From positions 12,380-76,379 of the forward strand of contig SYLX01000099.1 of NCBI GenBank assembly GCA_005808505.1: a stretch of 64,000 bases of DNA. The letters are read 5' to 3'. The position numbers and the translations under genes were made by a program. The notes under the pieces were generated by a model, which saw only the letters and a list, made by a program, of their open reading frames with translations, was not told the DNA's origin and searched no databases. Below, in pieces: positions 63,785 to 64,000 of the stretch; the first letter of the stretch is position 1, and each line of letters starts with the position of its first letter. Origin of the DNA: Bdellovibrionales bacterium. GTDB lineage: Bacteria > Bdellovibrionota > Bdellovibrionia > Bdellovibrionales > JAMPXM01.

Positions 63785-64000
63785 TTGCAGAGATCGCGGA
63801 AATCTTTGCCCGCTTTGAACTTAGGAACCTTCGCTGCCGGGATAACCAACTTTGTTCCAGTCTTGGGATTGCGACCTGTGCGGGATTTGCGTGTGCTGCG
63901 CGAGAAAGTTCCAAAGCCGACAAGTTTGACTTCATCGCCTTTAGACACGGCCTTCGCGATCACTTCGAGAGCGGCGTCGATGACGATTTCAGATTGAACT
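63781..64000 (-). CDS. HU/IHF-family DNA-binding protein, partial (N-terminus beyond the window)
   Basis: ...[61 protein letters not shown]. The frame stays open to position 64000. The M in the track is an internal GTG. Confidence 0.85.
   Translation of the reverse strand, partial: VQSEIVIDAALEVIAKAVSKGDEVKLVGFGTFSRSTRKSRTGRNPKTGTKLVIPAAKVPKFKAGKDFRDLCN

Noticed and set aside
1-64000. Scanned by eye for tRNA T-loop signatures (GGTTCGAATCC and variants), the RNase P core (GAGGAAAGTCC), rRNA, CRISPR-like spaced repeats, and transposase/integrase/phage genes.
   Set aside because: None found. This is a visual scan only. tRNAscan-SE, Infernal/Rfam and ISfinder searches would be needed to be sure.

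Overview
This 64-kb window comes from a Gram-negative chromosome, judged from lptD, OmpA-like and lipobox proteins. GC is roughly 50% by eye, not computed. The mix of secreted hydrolases, TIGR02147-like HTH paralogues and a NodB deacetylase resembles Bdellovibrio-like predatory bacteria, but sequence alone cannot prove that. I call about 58 protein-coding genes plus several hairpin terminators. I recognised no rRNA, tRNA, CRISPR array, transposase or integrase.

The right half (about 35-64 kb) is mostly core housekeeping:
- trhO, a membrane MutS-related ATPase, prfC, an ABC-2 exporter and ffh
- the rpsP-KH-rimM-trmD-(SPOUT-like)-rplS cluster and rnhB-yraN
- lptD, a CHASE2 class III nucleotide cyclase, a VKOR-DsbA fusion and HU

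The left half (0-29 kb) looks accessory. It is a dense run of signal-peptide or lipoprotein genes, many without a recognisable family. They include S33 and S15 peptidases, an HEXXH protein, a catalase-related protein, a NodB deacetylase, a di-haem protein, a tandem DUF4082 protein and a 982-aa orphan.

I see no known defence or mobile system. The candidates for something undescribed are:
- a tightly coupled minus-strand module at 25.36-27.59 kb: tiny TM peptide, CPAS thioredoxin-like protein, YtkA/FixH-like lipoprotein, and a beta-barrel-like protein whose mature end is SACCGG
- a perfect 68-nt hairpin in a divergent promoter region (6610-6677)
- a 543-bp non-coding gap with three copies of TGGCGCA(A/G)ACAG, next to an orphan response-regulator cluster
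- a secreted twin-CX3C mini-protein
- a papain-like protease plus Cys-rich lipoprotein inserted between ffh and rpsP
- a UPF0391-OmpA-like fusion

All family assignments rest on motif recognition by eye and need HMM or structure confirmation.
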